Origin: Phoronis australis
Taxonomy: Eukaryota > Animalia > Phoronida
Assembly (NCBI GenBank): GCA_002633005.1
Contig: NMRA01000276.1
Coordinates: 227,577 to 289,962, forward strand
Direction: 5' to 3'
DNA length: 62,386 bases
Positions within the stretch are counted from its first letter, which is position 1; every line of letters starts with the position of its first letter. The notes beneath the pieces were generated by a model. That model made no database searches and had not been told where the DNA came from. It saw nothing but the letters and a program-made list of their open reading frames with translations. Position numbers and translations under genes: made by a program. Of the stretch, positions 61,624-62,386 are shown piece by piece.

Positions 61624-61664
61624 GTAAATGAGAGCGTTTCCCAACAATGCGAAAAAGAAAACAC

Positions 61665-61760
61665 TGTTTATGTAGTACAGCCATGTTTATGTAGTACTGC
61701 CATGTTTATGTAGTACTGCCATGTTTATGTAGTACTGCCATTTTTATGTAGTACTGGCAT
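61665..61760. repeat. ~19-bp tandem repeat, 5 units
   Basis: GTTTATGTAGTACTGCCAT. Confidence 0.85.
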
Positions 61761-61941
61761 TATTTAAAGTAGTATGATAATGGTAAATGCAAGAGATATT
61801 GGCAAGTTTACTACATGTCAACTAGAGTTTGGAAGTGTACTGTATCTTACCTTAAAAACATAAATATTTAATTTAAAAATAGTCCCAGCATTTTGTAATA
61901 AACAGCCTCTGTTGACAAGTGGGTTTTTTGTAAAGTTTTCC

Positions 61942-62353
61942 ATTTTTGTGCGCCCACATATTTAAATGATGGTGCATTATGACGTCATGCCTGTCCTGCA
62001 TCTGTCCGTCCAACGTCCATCCAGCGTCCACTGCTCTGCCTCCAAAACCCTTCAATGTTTGTCCATGGGGCAGCATGAGGGAATTTTCGGACGGATCGGT
62101 TAGCTGATATGCCCCCTTCTGGCAATTTTATTTTTTTACCTTTACCTATGTATCTTCGGAGGTCCTAAACAGATTTTTATTAACTTTTAGTAAATAGGTA
62201 TCTATTAGTAAGATGACTCTAGCTTTTCACTTTTGGATGCATTTGACATATTTTGCGCCTTTTAGTAGCCATTTTTCTTGTTTTTGAGTCTGGTTGATAG
62301 AGGGACGGACGCCAAAAAAACAAAGCACTCTAAGGATGATTGTGAAAATTGGG

Positions 62354-62356
<3 letters not shown>
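61942..62356 (+). mobile_element. HINE-like copy in PEX7 intron 7, opposite orientation
   Basis: TTTTTGTGCGCCCACATATTTA start, then CCGT-type repeats and reverse-complement core modules. Confidence 0.75.

Positions 62357-62357
<1 letters not shown>

Positions 62358-62386
<29 letters not shown>
62358..62386. repeat. (TA)n microsatellite
   Basis: Direct reading. Confidence 0.95.

Overview
Eukaryotic (animal, probably marine invertebrate) genomic DNA with three N-gaps. Two intron-rich genes lie head-to-head, with start codons about 394 bp apart. On the minus strand is a complete NPAT/Mxc-like histone-locus-body gene, which I rebuilt as 14 phase-compatible exons (44141 to 1931, about 1464 aa). 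On the plus strand are the first 7 exons of PEX7 (44536-61623; the last exon is beyond the window). The introns hold a decayed GalEa-type Copia element, a non-coding LTR element with a tRNA-Ser PBS, several hAT-like and Tc1/mariner-like TIR elements, about 20 minisatellites, and 10 or more copies of a non-autonomous Helentron/HINE-like family. The main findings are: (1) each ~150-bp core unit of the HINE family carries a near-consensus CTCF motif, and the copies follow host-gene orientation; (2) an orphan NOP2 exon with intact splice sites lies between two HINE 3' ends in NPAT intron 6 and would be a poison exon; (3) minisatellites repeatedly start at or copy splice sites. Family assignments come from motifs recalled from memory; no database searches were run.
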